DNA from: a virus
Virus record (IMG/VR): IMGVR_UViG_3300022602_000039
Location: 32,001-96,000 of that record
DNA length: 64,000 nt
Reading direction: 5' to 3' (one strand)
The first letter of the stretch is position 1, and every line of letters starts with the position of its first letter. Below are positions 1 to 10,705 of this stretch, piece by piece. The notes under the pieces are model-generated. The model did not search any database and was not told where the DNA came from. It was given only the letters and a program-made list of their open reading frames with translations. The position numbers were made by a program, and so were the translations under genes.

Positions 1-312
1 GATCCTATACTCACACTCCATAGGATCTCTTGCCTCAATGGCATTGAAATACTGCTCATCATTCTCAATAAACTCTTCTTTTAACTGCTTTTTAAAATCA
101 GGGTTGAGCTTAGCACTAATCAACTCAAGAATAGGTTTAACATCTAGATCTGATAAATGTAAAGTAATTTCAGAGTTATCATATTCTGAACCATAATTAA
201 ACTCAAGCTTTAGAGTTACAGGAGGATGATAGAGATCACCAAAAGGTTGACCTGTAAAGTCTGAAAAATAAGTTGCTTCTTCGCAAGATTTTGGAACTAA
301 TATTTTTTTCAT
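1..312 (-). CDS. hypothetical protein, runs off window start
   Basis: Open frame MKKILVPKSCEEATYFSDF... starting at ATG 312 and overlapping the stop of the upstream gene. Confidence 0.65.
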   Translation of the reverse strand, partial: MKKILVPKSCEEATYFSDFTGQPFGDLYHPPVTLKLEFNYGSEYDNSEITLHLSDLDVKPILELISAKLNPDFKKQLKEEFIENDEQYFNAIEARDPMECEYRI

Positions 313-1181
313 GATTTGTTTAAAGAGTTATAGATATTATCATAAGCTCCAAGAGAAGCCCACTGCTGTTTCTTCAGCGCTTTCTGCTCCTCTTGGAATT
401 TTCTTTCTGATTCTTGATAAAAGTTCTCTACTCCTGTATCGATGATATTATAGGTACCATCTTCTAGGATTTCAAGAACTTGTTGAAGACCACAATCAAT
501 ATCAATACAGAGTCCCTTATTTCGAGTCTCTTCTACATCGATACCATGACGCATTGGAGTATGTCCATATACCTGTTTGATACCTGATTGGTCATTCCAG
601 TATGAACCTGTATAAGGTTCTTGAAAATGATCTCGCCAAACCGCGCCACCGACCCGATGAATGCCCCCCCTACACTTTCCAGCTCCAGCTAGTTCGTTAC
701 TAAAGATTCTCGCATCAAAATCCTGTTGTATCTTCTTGAGCTTAATATTAATTATCTCATTATCCATACCATAAGGCGGGCTTGAGAACCAAAACGGATG
801 AAAGCCAGCATGAGAAAACCAAAAGCCATTTTCAAAGTGAGCTATCTTAATCTTATCCCAATCTTCATTGGTCATAACTCTATTGATAGCATCATCCTTA
901 GCAGGTGAATATCCTGAACAATTGTAAATCTGTCTACTACCGCGAATATTTCTATAGTCGTAATTGATATCATGGTTACCCATTAGCATAATATGATTAT
1001 CTTTACTGATAAAATCCTTGACCCACCTAGCAGTTTGATCTGCTTCAATAGCAGAATCACCAAAATTATCAAACGCGTCACCGCAGAAAATAATTGTATG
1101 GGTATTATCGTACTTATCGACAATAGCACTCGCTTCTGCGATATGATTATGAATGTCAGAAAACGCTAAAATTTTGGCCAT
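309..1181 (-). CDS. calcineurin-like metallophosphoesterase
   Basis: Motifs SDIH, GDAFD, GNHD, SHAG, GHT. Confidence 0.9.
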   Translation of the reverse strand: MAKILAFSDIHNHIAEASAIVDKYDNTHTIIFCGDAFDNFGDSAIEADQTARWVKDFISKDNHIMLMGNHDINYDYRNIRGSRQIYNCSGYSPAKDDAINRVMTNEDWDKIKIAHFENGFWFSHAGFHPFWFSSPPYGMDNEIINIKLKKIQQDFDARIFSNELAGAGKCRGGIHRVGGAVWRDHFQEPYTGSYWNDQSGIKQVYGHTPMRHGIDVEETRNKGLCIDIDCGLQQVLEILEDGTYNIIDTGVENFYQESERKFQEEQKALKKQQWASLGAYDNIYNSLNKS

Positions 1182-1467
1182 AATATAATTATATTAGTTT
1201 TTAACTTAGAGGCAAGGAGAATATTGCAATGATTGGTATAGATATTAATATGAATAATGATATAATTTTTCACGACTATATGCATGCAAAGTATCAGGAA
1301 TACTTAGAACATAAGATATCAATAAAAAAGAACAAGAAAGGCTTTAATAAGACCATACCATATTAACCCGCCAATGGCCATAGCACAAATCCAAGCTACT
1401 AGAGGTATAAAATCCCTATTCATAAATTTAAATAGTATATGCTATTATATAAATAGGCAAGAATTAA

Positions 1468-1815
1468 TTATACGCGGTTGCTTATAAGCAATCCGTGCTT
1501 GGAGAGAGAATCGTACCCTGCTACATTGAATATAATAATATCGAATGTACCAACACTACTAAAGCTAGGAATAGTGACATAGAGGTGATTATCGTCTGTA
1601 GTATAGAAGTAGTTAGCAGGTAGCTGATATCCAGAAAATGATGGAAACGCTGTTAAAGCGCTCGGATTTGTTGTTCCTATACTAACAGCACACAGTGATG
1701 GAAACTGTATACTACCAGAACTTAAGTAAACCTGTTGAAGATTTCTATATTGTTGTCCCTCAAGGAGAATTGAAGCTGTTTGCGGATATACTATCGTTAG
1801 GTAGTTCACTACCAA
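1468..1815 (-). CDS. small beta-rich (IPT/TIG-like) putative virion protein
   Basis: S/T-rich composition, 'GTFDIIIFNVAG' Ig-like end, TAAATA late motif upstream. Confidence 0.5.
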   Translation of the reverse strand: MVVNYLTIVYPQTASILLEGQQYRNLQQVYLSSGSIQFPSLCAVSIGTTNPSALTAFPSFSGYQLPANYFYTTDDNHLYVTIPSFSSVGTFDIIIFNVAGYDSLSKHGLLISNRV

Positions 1816-1818
1816 TAT

Positions 1819-2058
1819 TTATTCTTCCTCTTTCTTTATACCGTTTCGTTCGTAATCTCTAACTGCATTCACAATTTGTTGCATCAGTACCTGATCTGGT
1901 GCAAAATTAAAAGAATCACTTTTTAACATATTTCCAACAGCCATTCTATCTTCTGTGTAGAATTCTGAGAGAGTTAATGTTGATTCATCCACATCATTAT
2001 ATAACTTAATAACTCTACGATTTACTATATCTGTATTTGCACTTATTACCTTAATCAT
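1819..2058 (-). CDS. hypothetical protein
   Basis: ORF in co-directional gene run. Confidence 0.6.
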   Translation of the reverse strand: MIKVISANTDIVNRRVIKLYNDVDESTLTLSEFYTEDRMAVGNMLKSDSFNFAPDQVLMQQIVNAVRDYERNGIKKEEE

Positions 2059-2223
2059 ATATACCTGAATTTATCTCAACCTGTCTCGAACGGCAAGCTC
2101 GTAACATTGCTTTTGTTTGTTGTAGCTCAGTTTTTAGTTCAACAACTTGTTGTTCTAAATATTCATTCTTACGCGATAAATCAGCAATAGCTTCTGTTAA
2201 AATTACTTCCCTATCATTCATAG

Positions 2224-2559
2224 TTATTCATTAAGTTTAGATATAGCATCCTTAAGACCCAATTCTATATCTTCAAGATCATCCATCTTTATATTTAACT
2301 TCTGTGCCTTATTCCTATCAGGCAAATTAAATCCCTTATCCTCATAGTAGTACTCTTCAATATATTGATTTTGTTCTTGTAAAAAAGACTCTAATTTATC
2401 TAAATAGATAACATTAAAAATTTTTTCAAAATCTGTCTTACCAGGAAAAAGAACTGTCGATACATAATAAACCCCAGCCATTTCATCGAGTTCCTCAATG
2501 GATGACCAGGGATAATTATTATTGGGTATCTCTTTAAAGCGGATTGATACCTGCTTCAT
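2224..2559 (-). CDS. hypothetical protein
   Basis: ORF in co-directional gene run. Confidence 0.65.
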   Translation of the reverse strand: MKQVSIRFKEIPNNNYPWSSIEELDEMAGVYYVSTVLFPGKTDFEKIFNVIYLDKLESFLQEQNQYIEEYYYEDKGFNLPDRNKAQKLNIKMDDLEDIELGLKDAISKLNE

Positions 2560-2562
2560 TTC

Positions 2563-2760
2563 TTACAACCAGCCGCCGTTTTGTACAGGAGGCTGAGCCT
2601 TCTTAACAACAGTGTTGTTATAGGCAGCGTAAATCTTCTGAAGATTACCATCAAGGGTAAGAATATTCTTTTGAAGACCTGCGACAGTCTCGTTGAGGGT
2701 GTTGATCTGAAGCTGAAGACTTGCAAGAGCTTCTTCGGTTGTTGCGGCGGGTTTTGTCAT
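2563..2760 (-). CDS. small coiled-coil hypothetical protein
   Basis: Heptad pattern; TAAATA upstream. Confidence 0.6.
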   Translation of the reverse strand: MTKPAATTEEALASLQLQINTLNETVAGLQKNILTLDGNLQKIYAAYNNTVVKKAQPPVQNGGWL

Positions 2761-2802
2761 ATAAGGTTATTTACAAATTAAAGCTATTAAAAGCAACTTA
2801 TT

Positions 2803-3117
2803 TTAATTAAAATGATCCCAATCATCATTACCGTCATTAAGATCAAGCTCATTTTGTGTAGCTTTTCTCCATTGAGTATCTGTAACAATAGGGCCGAGAC
2901 AATATTCAACTGTTTCCTTGAGTTCAGTTAAATCCTTTGCATAGTAATTAAAGTCTCTACCGGTTCTATCAGTATGAATAAGACTTACCGTTTCATCTGC
3001 CAAATTATATTCAGCAATCACTTCACCCTTTCCTTGAACAAATAGCTTATACATCTCGATATTATTTTGAGCGCTATCGTATAGGAATACGTCGTTAAGA
3101 TACTCTTTTACAGTCAT
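2803..3117 (-). CDS. hypothetical protein
   Basis: ORF in co-directional gene run. Confidence 0.6.
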   Translation of the reverse strand: MTVKEYLNDVFLYDSAQNNIEMYKLFVQGKGEVIAEYNLADETVSLIHTDRTGRDFNYYAKDLTELKETVEYCLGPIVTDTQWRKATQNELDLNDGNDDWDHFN

Positions 3118-3191
3118 GTTTATTATGATTTATAGTTATGGTTCATTTTTAAGATTTATATATTAAAAAGAAATAAATGAATATGCAAGAT

Positions 3192-5654
3192 TTATTTTTT
3201 AAGAATTATAAGAACCTTATCCTTTAGACCAATTTTATATTTGTTCTTTAAATTACCCTTTAAAAGTTCTTCAGCTAGGAAATCTTCAATCTCGTGTTCA
3301 ACTAATCGACGAACACCACGAGCTCCATATTGTTTATCATATTTGTTATCAACAAGATATTCAAGAACATCATCATTAATAGTAAGGGTTAATTTATGAT
3401 TTTGCTCAATACGATCAAGAATTTTTTTAGCTTCTAAAGCAATAACAGATTTAATACTATCTTTATCTAATTTATTGAATATTATAAGCCCATCTAGGCG
3501 GTTTAAAAGTTCAGGTTTAAAATGGCTCTTTGCCTGTTCAAGTACTTTCTCTCGGGCACTCGTTGAGACTTCAGGTAGTTTATGCGCGTTAAATCCCATA
3601 GCAACATCCTTTGTACTCGTCATTACTTCGGCTCCAAGATTAGAAGTCATAATAATAATAGTATGTCTGAAGTCTACTTTTCTACCTTCACCATCGGTGA
3701 GTGTTCCATCTTCAAGAACCTGAAGAAGAAAATGGAGTACATCCGGATGTGCTTTTTCAATTTCATCCAATAATACAACACTGTAGGGATTACGGCGAAT
3801 CTTTTCAGTCAATTGACCGCCTTCTCCATAACCTATATATCCCGGAGGTGCACCAATAAGCCTAGAGAGTGCAAATTTTTCCATATATTCTGACATATCT
3901 ATCTTTACTAACGCATCCTTATTCTTATAAACAATGTCAGCAATAGTCTGTGCCAAATACGTCTTGCCAACACCAGTTGGACCAAAGAAAATGAATGATC
4001 CAGTGGGACGCTTTGGATCTTTAAGGTCTAATCTACCTTTCTTTAATATTCGTGATACCTCTTTTATGGCTTCATCTTGACCGATAATAGTAGAAGATAA
4101 AGTTGATTCTAAACGAAGCAATTCTTCTTTGCCTGTTTCACGAAGTTCAGTCAACGGAATACCCGTAATAGTTGAAAGAGTTGTTAATACATCCTCTCGT
4201 TCAATAGTAATATCGGAGCGTTCTTTTTTATCTAAAAATTCTTTCTTTATTTGATCACGTTTCTTAACTAAGTTTTTTTCTTTGTCTCGCATCTTAGCTG
4301 CTTTCTCAAAGTCCTGTTTAGCCACCAATCTCTCCTTTTCAAGTGCTAATTCTTTAATTTGTTCGTTAAGTTTAAGAACTTCATCAGAAGTAGAGAGTGC
4401 ATTGATTTTAGCTCTTGATCCTGTTTCATCCATAATATCAATGGCTTTATCAGGTAGATATCTAGATGGCAGATAACGATCGGAATACTTTACCATATCT
4501 ACAATTACATTATTTGGAATAATTACCCCGTGGTGAGTCTCATAATGTGGACGGATACCTTTAAGAATTTCAATAGCTTGATCTACTGTTGGGGGGTTAA
4601 CCGTTATGGATTGAAAGCGACGTTCTAAGGCATTGTCCTTTTCTATATATTTTCTGTATTCATTAAACGTTGTAGCACCAATGCATTGAACTTCTCCACG
4701 ACTTAGAGCAGGTTTAAGAATATTAGAAGCATCCATTGTGCCCTCAGCACTACCTGCACCTACCATTGTATGTAATTCATCAATAAAGAGAATTATATTT
4801 CTTTTTTCTTTTACCTCCTGCATTACTGCTTTAATCCGTTCTTCAAATTGACCACGAAACTTAGTACCAGCAACCATTAGAGTAAGATCAAGAGAAAGAA
4901 CTCGTTTGTTAGCAATAATAGAAGGTACATCTCCATCAACAATTTTTTGTGCTAAACCTTCAACAATTGCAGTTTTTCCGACTCCTGCTTCACCAATGAG
5001 AACAGGATTATTTTTTGTTCGACGACAAAGAATCTGAATCATTCGCTCAATTTCTTTTTCACGGCCTACAACAGGATCAATTTTATTTTCTTTAGCGAGT
5101 TTAGTAATGTCGCGTGCAAAGACATCTAAAGCTGTTTGCTTCCCGTCAGTTCTATTTCCACCACCTGCACCTACTGATTGAAATTTATCTTCATCCTCGT
5201 CTTCATCCTCATCAAAAGGAAGAACTGATGGGTTAAGTTCTTTAACAATTTCTTGACGAACAATATTAAGATCAACATTGAGCTTGTGAAGCACAGAAGC
5301 TGCCATACCATCCTTCTCTTTAATAAGACCGAGAAGAAGATGTTCGGTTCCAATATAAGTATGACCAAGTGCTTTAGCCTCGCGACCAGCTAATACAAGA
5401 ACTTTGTTAGCACGAGGGGAATAAATTAAATTTGGCACTACCTTTTTGCTATTGGCAGCATTCCTCTCTATAGTTTCAAATATATCATTTAGATTATTAA
5501 TAATCTTCTTAAGAACATTAACAGCAAGACCCTGATTTAAACGGAGAATACCAAGTAAAATGTGCTCTGTACCTACGTATCCGCTCTGTAAACGTTCAGC
5601 TTCCTTCTTTGCTAAAGCTAAGGCCTGTTGTGCTCTTGGTGTTAAGTTATTCAC
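3192..5654 (-). CDS. clpC: ATP-dependent Clp protease ATP-binding subunit ClpC
   Basis: Two Clp_N repeats (GTEHILLG), two AAA+ modules ([16 protein letters not shown]), KFRG and GYIG pore loops, short UVR-type M-domain ([11 protein letters not shown]), MGF ClpP-binding loop. Confidence 0.95.
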   Translation of the reverse strand: MNNLTPRAQQALALAKKEAERLQSGYVGTEHILLGILRLNQGLAVNVLKKIINNLNDIFETIERNAANSKKVVPNLIYSPRANKVLVLAGREAKALGHTYIGTEHLLLGLIKEKDGMAASVLHKLNVDLNIVRQEIVKELNPSVLPFDEDEDEDEDKFQSVGAGGGNRTDGKQTALDVFARDITKLAKENKIDPVVGREKEIERMIQILCRRTKNNPVLIGEAGVGKTAIVEGLAQKIVDGDVPSIIANKRVLSLDLTLMVAGTKFRGQFEERIKAVMQEVKEKRNIILFIDELHTMVGAGSAEGTMDASNILKPALSRGEVQCIGATTFNEYRKYIEKDNALERRFQSITVNPPTVDQAIEILKGIRPHYETHHGVIIPNNVIVDMVKYSDRYLPSRYLPDKAIDIMDETGSRAKINALSTSDEVLKLNEQIKELALEKERLVAKQDFEKAAKMRDKEKNLVKKRDQIKKEFLDKKERSDITIEREDVLTTLSTITGIPLTELRETGKEELLRLESTLSSTIIGQDEAIKEVSRILKKGRLDLKDPKRPTGSFIFFGPTGVGKTYLAQTIADIVYKNKDALVKIDMSEYMEKFALSRLIGAPPGYIGYGEGGQLTEKIRRNPYSVVLLDEIEKAHPDVLHFLLQVLEDGTLTDGEGRKVDFRHTIIIMTSNLGAEVMTSTKDVAMGFNAHKLPEVSTSAREKVLEQAKSHFKPELLNRLDGLIIFNKLDKDSIKSVIALEAKKILDRIEQNHKLTLTINDDVLEYLVDNKYDKQYGARGVRRLVEHEIEDFLAEELLKGNLKNKYKIGLKDKVLIILKK

Positions 5655-5703
5655 GCGTTTAGAATATTTTAATATATATAATTAAATTATCTATCGTGAT
5701 TAC

Positions 5704-5958
5704 TTAAGCGCAGACTGATTTGCTAAAGTTCTTTACCGCACTTCTTGATCCATTTGGAATAAAATATTTTTTATTCTGTTCGTAGAAATCAGCTGAAACA
5801 ATTTGTATCTCCCCACCAGTTTTATGATCAAACGCCATAAAGGCTTTTCTTGGCTTAACGACATTATGCTTGTGAGCACAAGCTGAACAGAATACTGTAC
5901 TTGGAAGTACTTCTAAACGTTCAGGTTCAATACTATTTTGACAGATACGGCAATTCAT
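5704..5958 (-). CDS. DksA/TraR-type C4 zinc-finger protein
   Basis: CRICQNSIEPERLEVLPSTVFCSACA matches the C-x2-C...ERL..LP....C-x2-C pattern. Confidence 0.8.
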   Translation of the reverse strand: MNCRICQNSIEPERLEVLPSTVFCSACAHKHNVVKPRKAFMAFDHKTGGEIQIVSADFYEQNKKYFIPNGSRSAVKNFSKSVCA

Positions 5959-5966
5959 ATTCCAAT

Positions 5967-5995
5967 AGTATATTGGAAATCATACAATCAGGCAA
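5967..5995 (-). promoter_or_regulatory. sigma70-like early promoter
   Basis: TTGCCT-17 nt-TATACT on the minus strand just upstream of the DksA-like gene. Confidence 0.6.
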
Positions 5996-6003
5996 CTCTA
6001 ATA

Positions 6004-9000
6004 TTATGCTGCTTTGATTACAACGTATTTGAATGTAGGGGCATCTGCATTCATTGTTGCACCAGATAACGAGCGTACGTAAATTGTTGCAGAGCCTGCT
6101 CCAGGTGTTGCAGCTACATTGTATAGGCCAAAAGCTTGTATATTTGTACCACTAGTTTGTGTAAAGAGAATATTATCGTTGGTACTAATAAATGAATTAT
6201 TGAATATAAAACTCGTTAATTGGTATGCGGTGGTTGTAGCTGCACTGAATAATTGTATACTACCCATTGGAGCATTCAGAGTAACAGTGGTACCTCTTGA
6301 TGCTGTTTGAGTAACAGAACTAGATCCACCAGATAAGTAAATAGAACCTGCAGTAATTCCACCTGATAGATTAATATTATTAGCAACAATACTAGAAGCA
6401 ACATTAAGGTATGTATTTACATATACACCGCTTAAAAAATTCAACGCTAATGTATTAGTACCGTTACCGTTTAAATTTGATCCATCGGTTAAGACAGTTT
6501 GACTAGCGTTACCGGATATAGCATTTGTATAAACAGTATTTGAAGCACTTAGTGTGGAAGCATAAACAGTACCAGATGCATTTATTGTAGTTGCACTTAA
6601 CGTATTAGTGTTTAATGCATTTGTATAAACAGTATTTGAAGCACTTAGTGTGGAAGCATAAACAGTACCGGTAACAGTTAATCCTGCATTAGAAATAGTA
6701 GCTCTTGTATTGCTTGCAGACAACGTACCACCGGTAAAGAAATTAATATTACCGGTACCTGCAGTGCCTAAAGCAAGATTATTATTAGTTGTATAAAGAT
6801 AACCATCGCCAGGTCCTACTGTCGTAAAATTAGGGGTAAAAAGATTACCATTATAATTTGTACTGGCTATACCTAAATCAATATAATTTACACCGTCGTT
6901 GTTGTAAAGTGAAATATCTGCACTAGCGCTGACTCCAGGTACTGTATTTTGTATTGATTTAAATACTGATCCACTTGCTGCACCTACTAGAGTTAATAAA
7001 TTTGTATTAAAAGGATTTATAGCTGAATTTGGTGAACTAATAGTACCTGATGATAGACTGATATTACCTGTAGCACTAATTGAACCTGCTATGGTTAATG
7101 CTTGATTCGGAAGAGCTACATTAATACCAACGTTGCCACCAATATTTGCACTACTCTGAACACTTAAATTATTAACATATGTGAAATTGGATTGTGATGC
7201 GCTTAAATTTGAACCAAGAAGGAATGTATTAGGGTATGATGTGTAGTTAGCTGAACCACCAGCGATGAATGAATAACCAGCAGAAGCTGTATTAGCAACA
7301 CCACTACCGATAAAGTCAAAAGCACTTAATGTAACATTACTCAATCCATTTAAAATAGTTGAATAACATCCGCCGGCAATGTTTAAGCAACCATTAAGAA
7401 CGGTATCACGTGTACAATTTGCAACGTTGCAAACACCACCAATAACAGCACTATCAGTATTAATAGCGCAATTACATGTACCGGTTGCGACAAATGAGCT
7501 ATTACATGTAGCTTGGTTATTACGACCGGCTAGGATTACTGATCCAGATCCTGACGCTATATTTCCACACCCTGCACCAACAAATGAGCGGTAACCAGAA
7601 GCTGTATTAGCACACCCTGCAACAACAGCAGCATAATTACCAGATCCTGTTACACAGTTATTAATACCACCAAGAATAGCAGAGTATGGTCCACTAGCAC
7701 TTAAACTCTTACCTCCACCAATTGTTGAATAAATGCCAGAGGTTGTATTACTCAAACCACCACCGATGCTTGAACCAGATCCTGAAGCAACATTTCCATA
7801 ACCACCGCCAATACTAGTTGCCCAGTTTATAGCACAATTTGACCAACCACCGGCAACAACAGCGTAGCCAGATAAAGCTTGATTGACATTACCGCCACCA
7901 ACGGTAGCCCAAGCAGAAGCTGCTACGTTAACAGTACCACCGTTAATGTTTGAATAAAGACCAGATGCAACGTTATAAAACCCGCCTGCAACTACATCAC
8001 CTGCACTTAATGCTTTGTTGTTACTACCACCAAGTATAGCAGAAAAGAATCCAGATGCATTATTTGCCGAACCTGCTGCTACAATTGAATAAGCTCCAGA
8101 TGCTGTATTACTACCACTTACAGGTACAATAGAGGCAGTAAGTGAGGTATTATTATTAAAGAATCTATACGGGCTTGTATTACCACCTACAACGCCTTGA
8201 CCACTAAAGATGGTACCAGTAGCACTAATGTTGCCAACAATAGTTAAATTTGTTGCACTTAGTCCACCACTCGCAGTAAGATTGTTAAGATATAAAGTTG
8301 TAGCGGTTACAGCTGTAAGATAGGAATATGCTGTTGACCAGTTAGAACTTAATGATGAAACAGTGCCGTAAGTGGATTGCCAGTTAGCACTATTTGCTGT
8401 TAAAGTTGTAACAGCTGTATAGTCTGCAAGCCAATTACCGCTTTGAGTGTTTACCGTAGTATAGACTGTATTCCAGCTAGCACTATTTGCCGTAACTGTT
8501 GTATAAGTACTTTGCCAGTTAGCTGAATTAGCAGTTAAATTTGTATATCCTGAATTCCAGAGGTTTGAATTTCCACCTGAAGCATAATGTATATTATTAG
8601 TACTAAGAATACCATTTACAGTTAATGGTGCGATAGGATTGGTTGTGTTAATACCAACGTAACCGGCACTTGTAATAACTACTACCGTATTACCGCTTAA
8701 TGTACCATTTGTGAAAAAATTGATATTATTACTATTTGCTGTACCAATGTCGAGATTACCACCAACAGCGTAAATGTATGAATCACTAGGCTGGGTTACT
8801 GTAAACGCCGGTGTAACTGCATTACCGTTATACTGTGTACTTGTAATACCGATATCTAAATACGCTAACCCTTGATCATTTGTTAAAACTAAATCTGTAC
8901 TCGCACTAACAGAGGGTGCAAGATTTTGTATTTGATTGAATACAGAACCTTGCGCTGACAATGCAACGGTAAGCGGTAACGCATTGCCGGTAGCAATAGC

Positions 9001-9699
9001 AGGTTGTGTTATAAAAACAGCTGATGTAGAGATAACACCCTGTGCAGTTAAATTATTAACATATGTTGTGTTTGCTTGAGATGCACTTAATCCAGAGCCG
9101 AGAATAAAGGTATTTGGATAACTTGTGTAATTACCAGATCCACCGGCAATAAAAGAATAACCTGCTATAGCTGTATTGTTACCAAAGCCTCCAGGTATGA
9201 TTGATGTAGATAATGTCGGTGTAGATCCAGCTGTTTTATAAACCGAAGCTGGTAGATTAGTAATTGCTGATCCATCACCGTGCAATGCAGCTGCATAAAC
9301 TTGGCCTTGAGAAGAGAGGTTATTTACATACGTATAATTCGGTGATGGTGCACTAATGTTTGAACCGAGTATAAACGTATTTGACTGACTATTTGTTGTA
9401 TTACTTTGACCGCCAACAATAGCTGAATAATTACCGGATGCAGTGTTATTTATACCACCGAGAATTCCTGCAGCACTACCTGTAACTGTATTCTTATTAA
9501 CTAATGGCTGAAAACTACTAAGTGTTGGATTATATACCGGTACACTTAAAAACGTTCCTAACGAAGTGGCTACAGCGCCTGCAGAAATCTGTGCAGTCGT
9601 TGAGAAATTACTAAAGAAACTACTATTTACAACCGGAAACACATCACCAGGATTTACTGCTGAAATCGGTGTGAGATCCGTAATTCTTAAATTAGCCAT
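6004..9699 (-). CDS. tail fibre / adhesin-like virion protein
   Basis: 1231 aa, S/T/G/N-rich; ~14-aa 'NxASGxxSxIxGG' beta-roll repeats, W-periodic shaft repeats, 'GxVGIxT' fibre motifs; TAAATA upstream. Confidence 0.8.
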   Translation of the reverse strand: MANLRITDLTPISAVNPGDVFPVVNSSFFSNFSTTAQISAGAVATSLGTFLSVPVYNPTLSSFQPLVNKNTVTGSAAGILGGINNTASGNYSAIVGGQSNTTNSQSNTFILGSNISAPSPNYTYVNNLSSQGQVYAAALHGDGSAITNLPASVYKTAGSTPTLSTSIIPGGFGNNTAIAGYSFIAGGSGNYTSYPNTFILGSGLSASQANTTYVNNLTAQGVISTSAVFITQPAIATGNALPLTVALSAQGSVFNQIQNLAPSVSASTDLVLTNDQGLAYLDIGITSTQYNGNAVTPAFTVTQPSDSYIYAVGGNLDIGTANSNNINFFTNGTLSGNTVVVITSAGYVGINTTNPIAPLTVNGILSTNNIHYASGGNSNLWNSGYTNLTANSANWQSTYTTVTANSASWNTVYTTVNTQSGNWLADYTAVTTLTANSANWQSTYGTVSSLSSNWSTAYSYLTAVTATTLYLNNLTASGGLSATNLTIVGNISATGTIFSGQGVVGGNTSPYRFFNNNTSLTASIVPVSGSNTASGAYSIVAAGSANNASGFFSAILGGSNNKALSAGDVVAGGFYNVASGLYSNINGGTVNVAASAWATVGGGNVNQALSGYAVVAGGWSNCAINWATSIGGGYGNVASGSGSSIGGGLSNTTSGIYSTIGGGKSLSASGPYSAILGGINNCVTGSGNYAAVVAGCANTASGYRSFVGAGCGNIASGSGSVILAGRNNQATCNSSFVATGTCNCAINTDSAVIGGVCNVANCTRDTVLNGCLNIAGGCYSTILNGLSNVTLSAFDFIGSGVANTASAGYSFIAGGSANYTSYPNTFLLGSNLSASQSNFTYVNNLSVQSSANIGGNVGINVALPNQALTIAGSISATGNISLSSGTISSPNSAINPFNTNLLTLVGAASGSVFKSIQNTVPGVSASADISLYNNDGVNYIDLGIASTNYNGNLFTPNFTTVGPGDGYLYTTNNNLALGTAGTGNINFFTGGTLSASNTRATISNAGLTVTGTVYASTLSASNTVYTNALNTNTLSATTINASGTVYASTLSASNTVYTNAISGNASQTVLTDGSNLNGNGTNTLALNFLSGVYVNTYLNVASSIVANNINLSGGITAGSIYLSGGSSSVTQTASRGTTVTLNAPMGSIQLFSAATTTAYQLTSFIFNNSFISTNDNILFTQTSGTNIQAFGLYNVAATPGAGSATIYVRSLSGATMNADAPTFKYVVIKAA
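6521..6669. repeat. 53-bp exact direct repeat within the fibre gene (6521-6573, 6617-6669)
   Basis: GCATTTGTATAAACAGTATTTGAAGCACTTAGTGTGGAAGCATAAACAGTACC occurs twice and encodes GTVYASTLSASNTVYTNA. Confidence 0.9.
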
Positions 9700-9732
9700 A
9701 TACCATTATTTATGGTACAAGCTATAAAAAGG

Positions 9733-9969
9733 TTAAATAACTACTGCCATTCCTTTGTCAGAATTCCAATCTTGGAAATTATACTTAGTAAATCGTGTTT
9801 GTATTTTTTGTTTTTTAGGCTTACTTTCCTTAATCCTATAAGGAAAATCATTGGTATAATGCCACCAATATTCTTTTAAATGTTTGTTCACCTCTCCCAT
9901 TGTCTTATAAGGTGAACAGAGCGATGGAGCCCAATTCTTCCCTGTCCATCGCTCTATTACGTAAGTCAT
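9733..9969 (-). CDS. hypothetical protein
   Basis: ORF; the likely start is ATG 9969 (MTYVIERW), after the upstream stop. Confidence 0.6.
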   Translation of the reverse strand: MTYVIERWTGKNWAPSLCSPYKTMGEVNKHLKEYWWHYTNDFPYRIKESKPKKQKIQTRFTKYNFQDWNSDKGMAVVI

Positions 9970-9973
9970 TTGA

Positions 9974-10120
9974 TTATTTCCGCTTTTTACCAGCATCCGA
10001 GCGTTGAGCTCGATACTTCGTCTTACAGCTTGCTGGCTTTCCAGCGTTCAATTGACGACGGAGAAACGCTGCAGTTTCATACCGACGTGAACTTCCCTTA
10101 ATGACTTGAACCCACGGCAT
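9974..10120 (-). CDS. small basic ORF fused to truncated tRNA-Asp
   Basis: MPWVQVIKGSSRRYETAAFLRRQLNAGKPASCKTKYRAQRSDAGKKRK*; its ATG lies inside the tRNA sequence. Confidence 0.45.
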   Translation of the reverse strand: MPWVQVIKGSSRRYETAAFLRRQLNAGKPASCKTKYRAQRSDAGKKRK

Positions 10121-10164
10121 CATGCGTGACAGGCATGCGCTCTAACCAGCTGAGCTACAACTCC
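10103..10164 (-). pseudogene. tRNA-Asp(GTC), 3'-truncated at the T-loop
   Basis: GGAGTTG-D arm-CATGC CT GTC AC GCATG-GTGGG TTCAAGT C, then no T-stem 3' strand or acceptor 3' strand. Confidence 0.85.
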
Positions 10165-10170
10165 GTTATT

Positions 10171-10243
10171 TCGTGATGGAGAGACTCGAACTCTCGGTTC
10201 CTTGCTCCCAAAGCAAGTGCCATAGCCGCTAGGCGACATCACG
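10171..10243 (-). tRNA. tRNA-Pro(TGG)
   Basis: Cloverleaf CGTGATG/CATCACG; CTTGC TT TGG GA GCAAG; no encoded CCA. Confidence 0.95.
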
Positions 10244-10256
10244 TTAAACTGTTATT

Positions 10257-10330
10257 TAGGACTAGCTGGGTTCGAACCAGCGACCCTGCGCTTATCAAGC
10301 GCATGCTCTGACCAGCTGAGCTATAGTCCT
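10257..10330 (-). tRNA. tRNA-Ile(GAT)
   Basis: AGGACTA/TAGTCCT; TGCGC TT GAT AA GCGCA. Confidence 0.95.
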
Positions 10331-10335
10331 GAAAA

Positions 10336-10411
10336 TGGTACGCGAGGAGGGATTTGAACCCCCGACATTTTCCGTGTAAAGGAAACGCTACTACCCCTGA
10401 GCTACTCGCGC
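10336..10411 (-). tRNA. tRNA-Val(TAC)
   Basis: GCGCGAG/CTCGCGT ACCA; TTTCC TT TAC AC GGAAA. Confidence 0.95.
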
Positions 10412-10458
10412 AATATTATTAATATATAAGCTTATTATTGTATATGCAATATAAAAGA

Positions 10459-10533
10459 TGGTGGAACCGTCGAGATTTGAACTCGAAACCAATTCGTTAA
10501 AAGCGAACTGCTCTACCGTTGAGCTACGATTCC
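10459..10533 (-). tRNA. tRNA-Lys(TTT)
   Basis: GGAATCG/CGGTTCC ACCA; GTTCG CT TTT AA CGAAT. Confidence 0.95.
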
Positions 10534-10537
10534 AAAA

Positions 10538-10613
10538 TGGTGGAACTGCAAGGAATCGAACCTTGTTCTAAACGTCCGTAGCGTTTCGTGATATTCCATT
10601 TCACTACAGTTCC
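10538..10613 (-). tRNA. tRNA-Arg(ACG)
   Basis: GGAACTG/CAGTTCC ACCA; AAACG CT ACG GA CGTTT. Confidence 0.95.
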
Positions 10614-10617
10614 AAAT

Positions 10618-10638
10618 TAGTGCTCAGGGAGAGACTCG
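10618..10638 (-). pseudogene. tRNA 3'-end remnant (T-loop to acceptor)
   Basis: CGAGT CTCTC CCTGAGC A CTA, fused to the 3' end of tRNA-Leu(TAG). Confidence 0.7.
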
Positions 10639-10705
10639 GGTGGGAGTCGAACCCACAAAATTCTGCTCCTAAGGCAGACGGATATGCCAATTCTCCTACC
10701 GAGGC
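10632..10705 (-). tRNA. tRNA-Leu(TAG), short variable loop, chimeric 3' end
   Basis: GCCTCGG/CCGAGTC (2:71 mismatch); TCTGC CT TAG GA GCAGA; 5-nt V loop. Confidence 0.85.
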
